Below, piece after piece: positions 1 through 9,627 of a DNA stretch of 64,000 nucleotides; position 1 is the first letter of the stretch, and each line of letters begins with the position of its first letter. The stretch is taken from the NCBI GenBank assembly GCA_037445555.1, contig JBBIKG010000017.1, forward strand, positions 2,329-66,328. The letters run 5' to 3'. The DNA is from Lentimicrobiaceae bacterium (GTDB taxonomy: Bacteria; Bacteroidota; Bacteroidia; Bacteroidales; JAAYJT01). The position numbers were made by a program, and so were the translations under genes. The notes beneath the pieces were generated by a model. The model saw nothing but the letters and a program-made list of their open reading frames with translations, made no database searches and was not told the DNA's origin.

Positions 1-360
1 GGTGGAATACCAGTTTTTTTTGTAGCCGAGAATAAGCTTCAGGGTATTGATGCCGTCATTGATAAAGATCTTGCTTCGGCACTGCTCGCAGTGAGTATCA
101 ACGCCGATAAATTTTTCATCCTGACCGACGTTCCGAAGGTCTGCCTGAATTATAATAAACCCGATCAGAAGAATATTGACCGGATGAGTGTAAAAGAAGC
201 CCGGCAATATTTGAAAGAAGGCCAGTTTGCCGAAGGTAGCATGGGGCCAAAAGTGAAAGCCGCCATACATTTTGTTATCCACTCGGGTAAGGACGCCATC
301 ATAACCAGCACCGACATGCTGGGTGTGGATAACGGCGGCACAAGAATTTCCATCGTTTGA
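1..360 (+). CDS. arcC: Carbamate kinase, C-terminal fragment (5' end lies upstream of the window)
   Basis: Frame +1 is open from nt 1. The translation [30 protein letters not shown]...[14 protein letters not shown]...GGTRISIV matches the C-terminal half of carbamate kinases. An OTC gene follows directly. Confidence 0.8.
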   Translation, partial: GGIPVFFVAENKLQGIDAVIDKDLASALLAVSINADKFFILTDVPKVCLNYNKPDQKNIDRMSVKEARQYLKEGQFAEGSMGPKVKAAIHFVIHSGKDAIITSTDMLGVDNGGTRISIV

Positions 361-404
361 CGTTATTCCGCACATTTAACATACCAATCAATAATTTTAA
401 TACC

Positions 405-1406
405 ATGGCATTTAACCTAAGAAACCGCAACTTTCTAAAGCTGCTTGATTTTACCCAAGGGGAAATCAGATTTTTACTCAACCTATCTATGGAGCTGAAA
501 CGGGCTAAATACAGCGGAACGGAGCAACCCCGTCTTAGCGGAAAAAATATCGCATTGATATTTGAAAAAGACAGTACCCGGACACGATGCGCTTTTGAAG
601 TTGCTGCATTTGATCAGGGAGCGCGTGTAACATATCTTGGACCTTCGGGATCCCAGATTGGAAAGAAAGAGTCAATGAAAGATACTGCCCGGGTACTGGG
701 GCGTATGTATGATGGCATTCAGTATAGGGGCTATGGACAAGATATTGTCGAAGAACTTGGGAAATATGCCGGTGTACCGGTTTGGAATGGCCTTACTAAC
801 GAATTCCATCCTACCCAGGTTCTTGCTGACCTGCTGACCATGATAGAACATAGCGAAAAGCCGCTGAACCAGATTTCATTCTGTTACCTGGGCGACGCCC
901 GGAATAATATGGGGAACTCCCTGCTCGTGGGTGCTTCGAAAATGGGCATGGATTTTCGTTCGGCAGCACCGCCCTCTCTACAACCTGACCCTGATCTCGT
1001 AGCTCGCTGCAGAGAAATCGCAAAGGAAACAGGCGCGCGGATCACGGTAACCGACAACGTGCCCGATGCGGTGAAAGGAGTTGATTTTCTATACACCGAT
1101 GTCTGGGTTTCGATGGGAGAACCTGCTGAAGTATGGAAAGATCGCATTGCCCTACTTAAGCCATATCAGGTAAATAAGGCCTGCGTAGAACATACCGGAA
1201 ATGCCAATGTTAAGTTTTTGCACTGCCTTCCGGCATTCCACAACCGCGAAACCGTAATTGGGGAAGACATATATCAGAAATTTGGTCTTGATGGCATGGA
1301 GGTGACTGATGATGTGTTTGAATCTTCTGCATCTATCGTGTTTGACCAGGCCGAAAACCGGCTGCATACAATTAAGGCGGTCATGGTGGCCACCCTTGGA
1401 GCCTAG
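405..1406 (+). CDS. argF: Ornithine carbamoyltransferase (canonical OTC; context with arcC suggests a catabolic arcB-like role)
   Basis: OTC motifs [13 protein letters not shown] and HCLPAFH are present. I use the ATG at 405 ([17 protein letters not shown]). The track start at 357 is a TTG overlapping the arcC stop. Confidence 0.9.
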   Translation: MAFNLRNRNFLKLLDFTQGEIRFLLNLSMELKRAKYSGTEQPRLSGKNIALIFEKDSTRTRCAFEVAAFDQGARVTYLGPSGSQIGKKESMKDTARVLGRMYDGIQYRGYGQDIVEELGKYAGVPVWNGLTNEFHPTQVLADLLTMIEHSEKPLNQISFCYLGDARNNMGNSLLVGASKMGMDFRSAAPPSLQPDPDLVARCREIAKETGARITVTDNVPDAVKGVDFLYTDVWVSMGEPAEVWKDRIALLKPYQVNKACVEHTGNANVKFLHCLPAFHNRETVIGEDIYQKFGLDGMEVTDDVFESSASIVFDQAENRLHTIKAVMVATLGA

Positions 1407-1475
1407 TTAACGCGAACACATCTATCAAATCCTGAAAGAGCATTCCAGACCTTCTATTTGGACTCTTTCTAAATT

Positions 1476-1501
1476 ACACCCAAGATATCGGAATTGGGTG
1501 T
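1476..1501 (+). terminator. Possible hairpin terminator after the OTC gene
   Basis: An 8-bp stem ACACCCAA/TTGGGTGT (1476-1483 / 1494-1501) with a 10-nt loop is followed by TTCGTGTGT. The U-tract is weak. Confidence 0.3.
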
Positions 1502-1509
1502 TTCGTGTG

Positions 1510-1517
1510 TATATTTG
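1510..1517 (+). promoter_or_regulatory. Bacteroidota-type -7 promoter box (TATATTTG) upstream of nrfH
   Basis: Exact match to TAnnTTTG, 39 nt upstream of the nrfH ATG. Only a partial -33 element (ATTG) is visible. Confidence 0.35.
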
Positions 1518-1555
1518 TAGAATAAGGTACTGTAATACTTGAAAACAGGATTGCA

Positions 1556-2158
1556 ATGAACGTAATTAGGAAGTTGCTAACTATTCCGGAACGATGGCGT
1601 TTGCCTGTAATCATTGCCCTTGGAATATTCTCCGGCATTTTTCTCTTGATTATACATCTTTCCAGGGCCGGATCCTACCTGAGCGATAGGCCGGAGACCT
1701 GCATCAATTGCCATGTTATGTACCCGCAATACGCTTCCTGGAAAAGCAGTAGCCATCAGCAGGTAGCTACCTGTGCTGATTGCCATGTGCCTCATGATAA
1801 CCTGGTCAAGAAGTATTTTTTCAAAGCCAGCGACGGTGCCAGGCATGCTACCATTTTTACTGCCCGAATGGAACCTCAGGTAATTCGAATCAAATCAGCC
1901 GGGATGACGGCTGTGCAGGACAATTGTGTCAGGTGTCACACAGATTTGGTGGAGATGACGGAACTGGTGAAAGTTACAGGTCTGAATTACCGTCATGGCA
2001 CCGGACAGCGGTGCTGGGACTGCCATCGTGATGTACCCCATGGCACGGTAAGAAGCCAGTCGTCTGCTCCTTTTGCTCTGGTACCTGGATTGCCGTCTGT
2101 GATGCCCGAATGGTTAAGAGGGTACATGAATCAAAGATTCAAACAAACTGAAAAATAA
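1556..2158 (+). CDS. nrfH: Cytochrome c nitrite reductase small subunit NrfH (membrane-anchored tetraheme quinol dehydrogenase)
   Basis: There is an N-terminal TM helix and four CxxCH motifs (CINCH, CADCH, CVRCH, CWDCH). The gene lies immediately upstream of nrfA. Confidence 0.9.
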   Translation: MNVIRKLLTIPERWRLPVIIALGIFSGIFLLIIHLSRAGSYLSDRPETCINCHVMYPQYASWKSSSHQQVATCADCHVPHDNLVKKYFFKASDGARHATIFTARMEPQVIRIKSAGMTAVQDNCVRCHTDLVEMTELVKVTGLNYRHGTGQRCWDCHRDVPHGTVRSQSSAPFALVPGLPSVMPEWLRGYMNQRFKQTEK

Positions 2159-2165
2159 ACCTAAT

Positions 2166-3644
2166 ATGTCAGGTATGGAAACTTTCAGCAAACCTAAAGT
2201 GAACAAGCCCTGGATGAACTGGGCAATCTTCGGAGTGACCGTGGTTGTAGTTTTTCTTCTTGGATTATTTGCCTCATCCATTGTGGAGAGACGCAGTGAG
2301 TCGAAGCTCTATTTCCAGATGACAAAAGAAATTCCTGACTGGGAGCCGCGCAACGAAGTTTGGGGTGAGAATTTCCCGAGCCAATATGAATCGTATATGA
2401 AGACCTCTGATACGGGTTTTGCCAGTCCGCACGGGGGCTCAGCTACCATTGATTACCTGGAGCAGATTCCGGAGCTGGTTATCATGTGGGCAGGTTATGC
2501 CTTTGCTCGTGATTATAAACAAGGGCGGGGCCATTTCTATGCTGTGAGCGACGTACACCAGTCGCTGCGCACTGTGCAGCCCCAGCCAGCCACCTGCTGG
2601 ACCTGTAAGAGCACTGATGTTCCGCGGCTTATGAACAACATGGGAATTGCCGAGTTCTATAGATCCACCTGGAAGGACCTGGGTCCTGAGGTGGTGAACC
2701 ATATAGGCTGTCAGGATTGTCATGACCCGAAAACCATGAGCCTGCGCATCACCCGCCCGGCACTCGCCGACGCGTTTTCGAGGATGGGTAGGGATATCAA
2801 TAAGGCCAGTCATCAGGAGATGCGTTCGCTGGTGTGCGCTCAATGCCATGTCGAATATTATTTTAAAGGCGAAGGCAAATACCTTACTTTTCCGTGGGAT
2901 AAAGGATTCAGTGGGGAGCAGATGGAAGCCTATTATGACGAGTATGCACATGTGGATTGGACTCATGCTCTTAGTAAAGCTCCTATGATCAAAGCACAAC
3001 ATCCTGATTATGAATTGTTTATGACAGGAGTGCATGCTGATCGGGGAATCTCTTGTGCCGACTGTCATATGCCATATGTCCGCGAGGGTGGTATTAAATA
3101 CACCAACCACCATATCGGAAGCCCACTGGCCAACATATCGGGTAGTTGCCAGGTATGCCATCGCGAAAGCGAAGCCAAGCTGCTTGAAAACGTGGTAACA
3201 CGGCAAAACAAAGTACTTGAGTTGAGACGGATTGTTGAAAAAGAGCTTGCCAGGGTTCATCTGGAAGCTAAAGTTGCCTGGGATAATGGTGCAGTGGAAG
3301 CTGAAATGAAGCCAGCGCTTACCAATATCAGGCACGCGCAGTGGCGCTGGGATTATGTGGCTGCTGCCAACGGTGTTGGTTTTCACTCACCTGTTGAGAG
3401 CTTACGCTTGTTAGCTACGGCGATTCAGAAGGTAAACGAGGCGCGTATCCTAATCACTGAAATACTGATACGCAAGGGGGTTAAGGTTCCTGTCGCTTTG
3501 CCAGACTTCGGCACAAAGGCCAAAGCCCAGCAACTGGTTGGGTTGTCGATAGATCAAATCAGAGCGGATAAGAAAGAATTTTTACATAATACTTTGCCTC
3601 AATGGCTTGAGCAAGCCAGGATGCGTGAAAACAGCATGCCCTGA
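2166..3644 (+). CDS. nrfA: Ammonia-forming cytochrome c nitrite reductase NrfA (pentaheme c552)
   Basis: The diagnostic CxxCK active-site heme motif CWTCK is at 2595-2609, with four CxxCH motifs (CQDCH, CAQCH, CADCH, CQVCH). An N-terminal signal/anchor is present. Confidence 0.93.
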   Translation: MSGMETFSKPKVNKPWMNWAIFGVTVVVVFLLGLFASSIVERRSESKLYFQMTKEIPDWEPRNEVWGENFPSQYESYMKTSDTGFASPHGGSATIDYLEQIPELVIMWAGYAFARDYKQGRGHFYAVSDVHQSLRTVQPQPATCWTCKSTDVPRLMNNMGIAEFYRSTWKDLGPEVVNHIGCQDCHDPKTMSLRITRPALADAFSRMGRDINKASHQEMRSLVCAQCHVEYYFKGEGKYLTFPWDKGFSGEQMEAYYDEYAHVDWTHALSKAPMIKAQHPDYELFMTGVHADRGISCADCHMPYVREGGIKYTNHHIGSPLANISGSCQVCHRESEAKLLENVVTRQNKVLELRRIVEKELARVHLEAKVAWDNGAVEAEMKPALTNIRHAQWRWDYVAAANGVGFHSPVESLRLLATAIQKVNEARILITEILIRKGVKVPVALPDFGTKAKAQQLVGLSIDQIRADKKEFLHNTLPQWLEQARMRENSMP

Positions 3645-3862
3645 TTTTGTTGTAGCTGGTTCTTTCTCTCCAATACAATGGATAACAGGTAAGGTGGCAA
3701 CTTTTATTTGCCTGACCAAGCATTTTAAGGCTTATCCACATTCGACTATCTTTGGAAAGTTGTACTAGATAGTCAACCAGATCAAATCTGCAATATGTTT
3801 TGCTCGGTTCTAATCTGTATGAACCATTCATTACCTTTGTGTTGACGAGCCAAAGCACCCTC

Positions 3863-5662
3863 ATGCTGAGACAACGAATCCGGAAGCTTCGCGAAGCTTC
3901 ACTTAACCTTGTGGCTGATCTGTTGGTAATAATCATCTTTATTGCCATCGCCGGGACAGTGTATGACTTGGGTTTTGACAAGACTGATGAACTGGAAGGG
4001 GCGTTTACCCATTTTTACGAGTTCATTTTCGGGGCCTTTCTTATCCTTTATTCATGGCGGTTCACCATTAAACTAACCTCTCCTTTACCGCTGCCGGCAA
4101 GGATATATGATTTGTTCATTATCGCTATATGCCTGTGCATCATTGATTTTGGCCTGCTTAATATGGGTCTGGTGGCCAAATGGCCTCAGTTCGGTGCGAT
4201 TCTAGGCTCACGGACCTTTATGCGCGGGGTGATTATCGTAATCTTCCTGGTGGAGCTGTCGAGATCAAGCCTGCAGATTCAGCGCATCAGGATAAACCCA
4301 TCATTATTGTTTGCCGGTAGCTTTTTGGTTTTGATTTTGCTTGGTACCGGATTATTGCTGTTGCCGCGTGCCACCACACAAGGTATTTCGCTCGTGGATG
4401 CATTTTTTACGGCAACAAGTGCAGTTTGCGTAACAGGACTTATCGTGGTGGATACTTCCAGCACGTTTACTCCGTTGGGGCATTGGGTGTTGTTGATGCT
4501 GATACAGATGGGTGGTATCGGCATCATGACATTTACGAGTTTTTTTGGTTTCATCTTTCAGGGCAGTGCCCCCATCAGAACCGAGCTTTATCTGAGAGAT
4601 TTCATCAACGAAGAAAGCCTCGGCAATATCTTTAAAACCCTGCTTAAGATAGTAGTTTTCACATTTACGATAGAGGCCTTCGGAGCCGCTCTTGTCTACA
4701 GCTTTACCGACCAAGAGCTGTTTGAGTCTGAAACGCAACATATTTTTTATGCGGCATTTCATTCGGTATCAGCATTTTGCAATGCAGGATTTTCAACCTT
4801 AGAAGATGGATTGCACAATCCTCTGGTTAGGTACAATTATTCTCTTCATCTCATCATTGCCATTATAATTGTGGTGGGAGGGATGGGATTCCCTATTGTG
4901 TTCAATTACTACAAATACATCAAAACAATATTAGTCAACGGGCTAAAAAGACTTTTAAAAAAAGGCACCATTGTTCATACTCCGCGAATCATCAATATCA
5001 ATTCAAAGCTGGTTATAGCTACAACTTTGCTGCTTCTGGCAGGCGGTACGGCATATTTCTATTTAACAGAATTCGATGGTGCGTTAGCCGGGGCTACGGG
5101 TATTAATAAGCTAATCAGTGCTTTCTTTGCGGCGGTTACTCCGCGCACAGCGGGGTTTAACACGATCGATATGAATATGTTACCTATGCCGGCCATTCTG
5201 TTCACTATTTTGCTTATGTGGATTGGTGCATCACCCAGCTCAACGGGTGGTGGAATAAAAACAAGTACTTTCGCCTTGTCGGTGCTTCACGTGTACGCTC
5301 TTGTGCGGGGAAAATCGAAGGTTGAATTGAATAAACGCGAAGTACAGGCCGGTTCGATGCAGAGGGCTAATTCCATTCTATTTCTTTCGTTGCTGGTGAT
5401 AGGATTATCGGTGTTTGCATTGTCCATCACCGAACAAGACAAATTCGACCTGACAAAGCATCTTTTTGAAACGGTATCTGCTTTTTCGACAGTTGGTCTA
5501 AGCCTCGGAATTACAGGTGAGTTATCAAGGGCCGGCAAACTTGTGCTGATTATCACCATGTTTGTCGGGAGGGTGGGAATGCTGACGCTACTAATCGGAG
5601 TAATAAGGAGGGCAAGGCATGGAGCCTATCAGTACCCTGGAGAGAGTATTCTAATCAACTAA
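3863..5662 (+). CDS. TrkH/KtrB-family potassium uptake membrane subunit
   Basis: Polytopic membrane protein with repeated pore-loop-like segments (TAVCVTGL, FCNAGFS, TPRTAGFNT, STGGGIKTST). The track start at 3800 is a TTG and I use the first in-frame ATG at 3863, so the exact start is uncertain. A TrkA-type gene follows. Confidence 0.85.
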   Translation: MLRQRIRKLREASLNLVADLLVIIIFIAIAGTVYDLGFDKTDELEGAFTHFYEFIFGAFLILYSWRFTIKLTSPLPLPARIYDLFIIAICLCIIDFGLLNMGLVAKWPQFGAILGSRTFMRGVIIVIFLVELSRSSLQIQRIRINPSLLFAGSFLVLILLGTGLLLLPRATTQGISLVDAFFTATSAVCVTGLIVVDTSSTFTPLGHWVLLMLIQMGGIGIMTFTSFFGFIFQGSAPIRTELYLRDFINEESLGNIFKTLLKIVVFTFTIEAFGAALVYSFTDQELFESETQHIFYAAFHSVSAFCNAGFSTLEDGLHNPLVRYNYSLHLIIAIIIVVGGMGFPIVFNYYKYIKTILVNGLKRLLKKGTIVHTPRIININSKLVIATTLLLLAGGTAYFYLTEFDGALAGATGINKLISAFFAAVTPRTAGFNTIDMNMLPMPAILFTILLMWIGASPSSTGGGIKTSTFALSVLHVYALVRGKSKVELNKREVQAGSMQRANSILFLSLLVIGLSVFALSITEQDKFDLTKHLFETVSAFSTVGLSLGITGELSRAGKLVLIITMFVGRVGMLTLLIGVIRRARHGAYQYPGESILIN

Positions 5663-5674
5663 AAACAAAGAATC

Positions 5675-6355
5675 ATGAAATGCCTGGTCATAGGTTTAGG
5701 AAATTTTGGATCGTCCATTGCCGTGAAACTCACGGAACTTGGACATGAAGTAATAGGCGTTGATACTGATATCAACAAAGTGAATGAGTTGAAAGACCGG
5801 ATAACGTACACGGTATGTCTTGACAGCAGCAGTGCTATTTCAATCAACACACTGCCGGTCAGAGAATTGGATGTCGCCATTGTTGCCGTCGGGGAGGATT
5901 TTGGTGCTTCAGTCATGATTACGGCATTGCTCAAACAGCTCAATGTCAAGAAGCTTCTCTGCAGGGCGATTTCCCCAGTGCATGAATCGGTTTTCAGTGC
6001 CATCGGTGTCGATGAGGTGGTGCACCCCGAGCTGGAAACTGCCGAACGGCTGGCTTTTAGGCTTCATTCACCCGCGATGGTTGATTCCTTCAACCTGACA
6101 GACAATACTCTGGTCGTAAAAGTGGTGGCTCCGGACTCTACAATCGGCCTGACTCTTGATGCGGTTACGGACGAGCAGCCACACCTGAAGGTGATCACAC
6201 TTTTACGGTCAGGTGTTAAGGCAAATATATTCAGTCGAAGGTCGGCTAAGTACAGCGACATCGGTGGGCTGACCGAAAAAGTTGTTATCCAGGAAGGAGA
6301 TATTCTGGTGCTGTATGGCACGCACCATTACATCACAAACTTCATTAAAGCATAA
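5675..6355 (+). CDS. TrkA/KtrA-family K+ uptake regulatory subunit (RCK N- and C-domains)
   Basis: Rossmann motif at the N-terminus (VIGLGNFGSSIA), typical ~225-aa length, 12 nt after the TrkH gene. Confidence 0.85.
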   Translation: MKCLVIGLGNFGSSIAVKLTELGHEVIGVDTDINKVNELKDRITYTVCLDSSSAISINTLPVRELDVAIVAVGEDFGASVMITALLKQLNVKKLLCRAISPVHESVFSAIGVDEVVHPELETAERLAFRLHSPAMVDSFNLTDNTLVVKVVAPDSTIGLTLDAVTDEQPHLKVITLLRSGVKANIFSRRSAKYSDIGGLTEKVVIQEGDILVLYGTHHYITNFIKA

Positions 6356-6483
6356 CGCGGCTGAGCTGGCGATTGGTCAGAATTTGTTTATCACCAGCAT
6401 TATGAGGTTTGCTGGCGGCTAAGACTGATTCGTTGAAATCATTTAATAGCCTATAGCGAATGATAACATACAGGTAATTTAGC

Positions 6484-6518
6484 CTTAACATTTTGGTAAT
6501 ATTGCCGGGGTACTTTTA
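6484..6518 (+). promoter_or_regulatory. Promoter-like region of the TonB-dependent receptor gene (near-consensus -7 box TACTTTTA at 6511-6518 plus a motif shared with 9565-9588)
   Basis: CTTAACATT (6484-6492) and ATTGCCGGGGTACTTTT (6501-6517) recur upstream of the next gene. The -7 box is 22 nt upstream of the ATG at 6540. Confidence 0.3.
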
Positions 6519-6539
6519 CGCCATAATTACAAGGCGTAT

Positions 6540-9431
6540 ATGAACCACCCACTCATAGCATTTCACTCGCTCATTCTTTCATCAGTACTGGCAATAATCA
6601 GCTTTGGCCAGCCATATCCAATGGTCGCCCTGCACGGCAAAGCGAACAATCCGGCCGAAATAAACAAACTCAACCATGGCTCAATTGCAGGACTGGTGAG
6701 AGATGGTAAAACAAACGAAACCATCATCGGAGCCAACCTTATTCTGGAGAACACCGGCATAGGGAGTTCAACCAACCTGGATGGTAAGTTTGAACTGGTA
6801 AGTCTCGAACCGGGAAAGTATAATTTACTGGTTTCCTTCATTTCATACAAAACGCAAAAGATAGAAGGTGTCGTTGTGGCGCGCGGACGTACAACTCTAA
6901 TTGATATAAAGTTAGAAGAAAATTCCGTACTTCTTGAGACTGTCCAGGTGAGCGCCCGCAAAGCTTCAAACACCGATGTGTCTGTGATAGCGGCTATCAG
7001 AAAAAGCGGGCATGTTATCAGCGGAATATCTGCTCAACAAATCGCCAGGTCTCAGGATAATGACGCGGCCAGGGTGATCAGGCGAATTCCGGGCGTGACT
7101 GTGGTTGACGACAGATTTGTCATAATCCGCGGACTGGGCGAGCGATATAACCCGGTGATGCTTAACAGCGTAACCGCACCGAGCATGGAGGCTGATATTC
7201 GTTCTTTCTCTTTTGATATAGTGCCTTCACCGATGGTTGATCAGATTCTCATATTTAAAAGTCCTTCGCCCGATTTGCCTGGCGACCTGGGCGGGGGTGT
7301 TGTTAAAATTCTGACAAAGAGCATCCCGGATGAAAACAGTCTTCAAGTTAGCTACTCAGCCGGAATGGATCCATCTACATCATTCAGGGCGTTCATGCAG
7401 CAGGCCCAAATGGCAGATGGATTGATGGGAATAAACCTGATGAAGCCGTCGAAACTTCCGAAAGATTTCCCTGCAAACCTAAGGCAGGTAGTTAACGCCG
7501 GAGATATTGAAAAAGCCGGCCGATCGCTGAAGAATAACTGGTTACCAGAAACGATAAATTCCGGGCTTAATCACTCTTTATTACTGAATGGTTCCTTGCG
7601 TTTTGACAAAGGAACCATTCGCATCGGAAACATTACCTCAGTAAGTTACAACACTTCAAAATCCATTGATGCCATTCAGCGACGCGACTATAATCTTTAC
7701 GATGAAGTTCGGAAGTTAAACTCCATGATCTTTGATTTCAACGATGAGCAATTTAATCAGCATATAAGGGCAGGAGTGCTTCATAACTGGGCTTTAAGCT
7801 TTGGAAAGCATCATACAGTTGAATTCAGAAATCTTTACAATCAGCTGAATAAGTCGCAATATGTCCACAGGACTGGAAGGCACCTCGAGTTTAATTATTT
7901 TGCCGACAATCACTCCTTTTATCAGATTTTCAGAGGGATATATTCGGGGCAACTCGGCGGAAAACACACCCTTTTCAATGATAGGGTTAGTTTAGACTGG
8001 GTAGCAGGTTATGGTTACTCCTGCCGCGACGAGCCTGATTACCGCCGATACCGCTCAGATAAAGATACGCTTGATAAATCGGTTTCTCTCTATGTGCCGG
8101 TTGGTGCGGCCGCATCATATTTCCTGGGAAGATTTTTCAGCGAGATGATAGAGCTCACCTACACAGCCGGCATAAACATCAACCACAAATTATTCAGTTC
8201 GGAAGCCAAAAGTTTTAACCCTGGGTTGAGTTATGGGTTGTTTTATGAACAAAAAGGGCGACAATTCAACGCACGCAATCTGGGCTATATCCGTTCAAGC
8301 AACTTTCTGTTTGATCAGAGTTTATTACAGGTTGGTATTGACTCCTTGTTTCATCCGTCAAATATTAATAATACAACCGGAATACGTATTGATGAACAAA
8401 CCAATCCATCCGATTCATACACAGCAGGAAACAACTTAGTTGCTGGTTATATGCGGATCAGCCTTCCGGTAATCTTTCGGCTCACTTTCGCAGGAGGAGT
8501 TCGACTTGAGCAAAATCATCTGACGTTTAATAGTTTTACCCTCACTAACAGCCCTGTGGTGGCAGATGACAAGGTTTTTGCCATATTGCCCTCGGCATCG
8601 CTGACCTATAACTTAAGTGATAAGAGCGTTCTCCGTTTGGCATACGGAAAAACAGTAAACCGGCCTGAATTCAGAGAACTAGCGCCATTCGGTTTTTATG
8701 ATTTTAACTATAACTTCGTGAGAAAAGGAAATGTACTGCTTCGCAGCGCCAGGCTATCCCATATTGAATTACGTGCAGAGCATTACCCATCGGTAGGCCA
8801 GGTAATCATGGCAGGCATTTTTTATAAAAAGTTTCGTGACCCTATTGAGTCGACCTATATCCCGGGTGGCGGTACAGCAGGAATAAAGACATTCACTTAT
8901 TACAATGCTAAAGCAGCAACCAGTTTAGGTGTTGAGGCCGAAACTCGCATTTCGCTGGGAACAATAGCCAAGCATGATAAGCTTAAGAATGTCTTCCTGA
9001 TTTTCAATGCAGCATTGATACGTAGTGAGGTAGAACTGGGATATTCAGGCGAAGGCCAAAAGACCAATAGTCGCCAGATGCAGGGGCAGTCCCCTTACAT
9101 CGTAAACGCCGGAGCGTTTTATCAGAACCCATCTAATAGCTTTAACATCAGTGTTCTATACAATGTTGTCGGCAAGCGTATCTTTATGATTGGCTACGAC
9201 GAATATTCGGATATATATGAAATGCCTCGCCATGGCCTTGATGTTTCTTTATCAAAGAGCCTTTCCAAGGGGCTTGATCTGAAGGCGGGGGTTCGCGATT
9301 TACTGAATAATGAGTTTATTCTTATGCAGGATTCAAATGCAGATGGTATCTTTAATGCAGTTACCGACCAGGTTATCGAAAAATTCTATCCTGGCCGGAC
9401 ATTCTCGTTAGGAATTTCCTGGAAAATATAA
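6540..9431 (+). CDS. TonB-dependent outer-membrane receptor with N-terminal CarboxypepD_reg-like domain
   Basis: Signal peptide, a carboxypeptidase-regulatory-like domain (DGKTNETIIGANLILENTGIGSSTNLDGKFEL...GKYNLLVSFISY), a plug segment (RRIPGVTVVDDRFVIIRGLGERYNPVMLN) and a long beta-barrel region. 963 aa. Confidence 0.9.
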   Translation: MNHPLIAFHSLILSSVLAIISFGQPYPMVALHGKANNPAEINKLNHGSIAGLVRDGKTNETIIGANLILENTGIGSSTNLDGKFELVSLEPGKYNLLVSFISYKTQKIEGVVVARGRTTLIDIKLEENSVLLETVQVSARKASNTDVSVIAAIRKSGHVISGISAQQIARSQDNDAARVIRRIPGVTVVDDRFVIIRGLGERYNPVMLNSVTAPSMEADIRSFSFDIVPSPMVDQILIFKSPSPDLPGDLGGGVVKILTKSIPDENSLQVSYSAGMDPSTSFRAFMQQAQMADGLMGINLMKPSKLPKDFPANLRQVVNAGDIEKAGRSLKNNWLPETINSGLNHSLLLNGSLRFDKGTIRIGNITSVSYNTSKSIDAIQRRDYNLYDEVRKLNSMIFDFNDEQFNQHIRAGVLHNWALSFGKHHTVEFRNLYNQLNKSQYVHRTGRHLEFNYFADNHSFYQIFRGIYSGQLGGKHTLFNDRVSLDWVAGYGYSCRDEPDYRRYRSDKDTLDKSVSLYVPVGAAASYFLGRFFSEMIELTYTAGININHKLFSSEAKSFNPGLSYGLFYEQKGRQFNARNLGYIRSSNFLFDQSLLQVGIDSLFHPSNINNTTGIRIDEQTNPSDSYTAGNNLVAGYMRISLPVIFRLTFAGGVRLEQNHLTFNSFTLTNSPVVADDKVFAILPSASLTYNLSDKSVLRLAYGKTVNRPEFRELAPFGFYDFNYNFVRKGNVLLRSARLSHIELRAEHYPSVGQVIMAGIFYKKFRDPIESTYIPGGGTAGIKTFTYYNAKAATSLGVEAETRISLGTIAKHDKLKNVFLIFNAALIRSEVELGYSGEGQKTNSRQMQGQSPYIVNAGAFYQNPSNSFNISVLYNVVGKRIFMIGYDEYSDIYEMPRHGLDVSLSKSLSKGLDLKAGVRDLLNNEFILMQDSNADGIFNAVTDQVIEKFYPGRTFSLGISWKI

Positions 9432-9461
9432 TTCCTGTTACAGCTTGATTTTGGTTTTTTC

Positions 9462-9491
9462 GCAACAACGGATTTCTGATCCGTTGCTTGC
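9462..9491 (+). terminator. Hairpin after the TonB-dependent receptor gene
   Basis: Stem CAACGGAT/ATCCGTTG (9466-9473 / 9479-9486), 5-nt loop, extendable by 4 bp with one bulge. The downstream tract GTTTAATT is only moderately U-rich. Confidence 0.35.
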
Positions 9492-9564
9492 GTTTAATTC
9501 CAATTTCAGGTTAACAATTTATTAATCTAATACTAACATAATGGTGACAATGGCTTAACAACTG

Positions 9565-9588
9565 CTTAACATTGGCCGGGTACTTTTG
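9565..9588 (+). promoter_or_regulatory. Promoter-like region of the lipoprotein gene (-7 box TACTTTTG at 9581-9588 plus the shared motif)
   Basis: Exact TAnnTTTG match 40 nt upstream of the ATG at 9628. CTTAACATT plus ATTGGCCGGGTACTTTT matches 6484-6517 (identical 9-mer, 17-mer 15/17). Confidence 0.35.
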
Positions 9589-9627
9589 CCGTAAATCGTT
9601 TCAGGAACAACAACAAAATTATTGTAT

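Noticed and set aside
357-404. N-terminal extensions in the ORF track that begin at TTG/GTG codons (357, 3800, 9622, 18620, 18823, 29133, 35856, 35944, 38198, 39835, 49175, 63876)
   Set aside because: In each case a downstream in-frame ATG gives an N-terminus typical for the family or a proper signal peptide, and several of the extensions overlap the preceding gene. For 63876 the opposite applies, because the frame stays open upstream, so the GTG is not the start.
2439-3386. A 315-aa antisense ORF inside nrfA
   Set aside because: The plus-strand frame encodes a complete NrfA with all five heme motifs. The antisense translation has no recognisable motifs, start context or signal, so this is a chance open frame opposite a real gene.
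3645-3862. A c-di-AMP (ydaO-type) riboswitch or ncRNA upstream of trkH
   Set aside because: Only a weak 5-bp hairpin (GGCAA/TTGCC) is present, with no pseudo-symmetric conserved ydaO-like elements. The true trkH start is itself uncertain within this span.
6356-6539. A cobalamin or TPP riboswitch upstream of the TonB-dependent receptor
   Set aside because: There is no B12-box-like or CUGAGA-type TPP motif, and the region is better explained as a promoter with a short 5' UTR.
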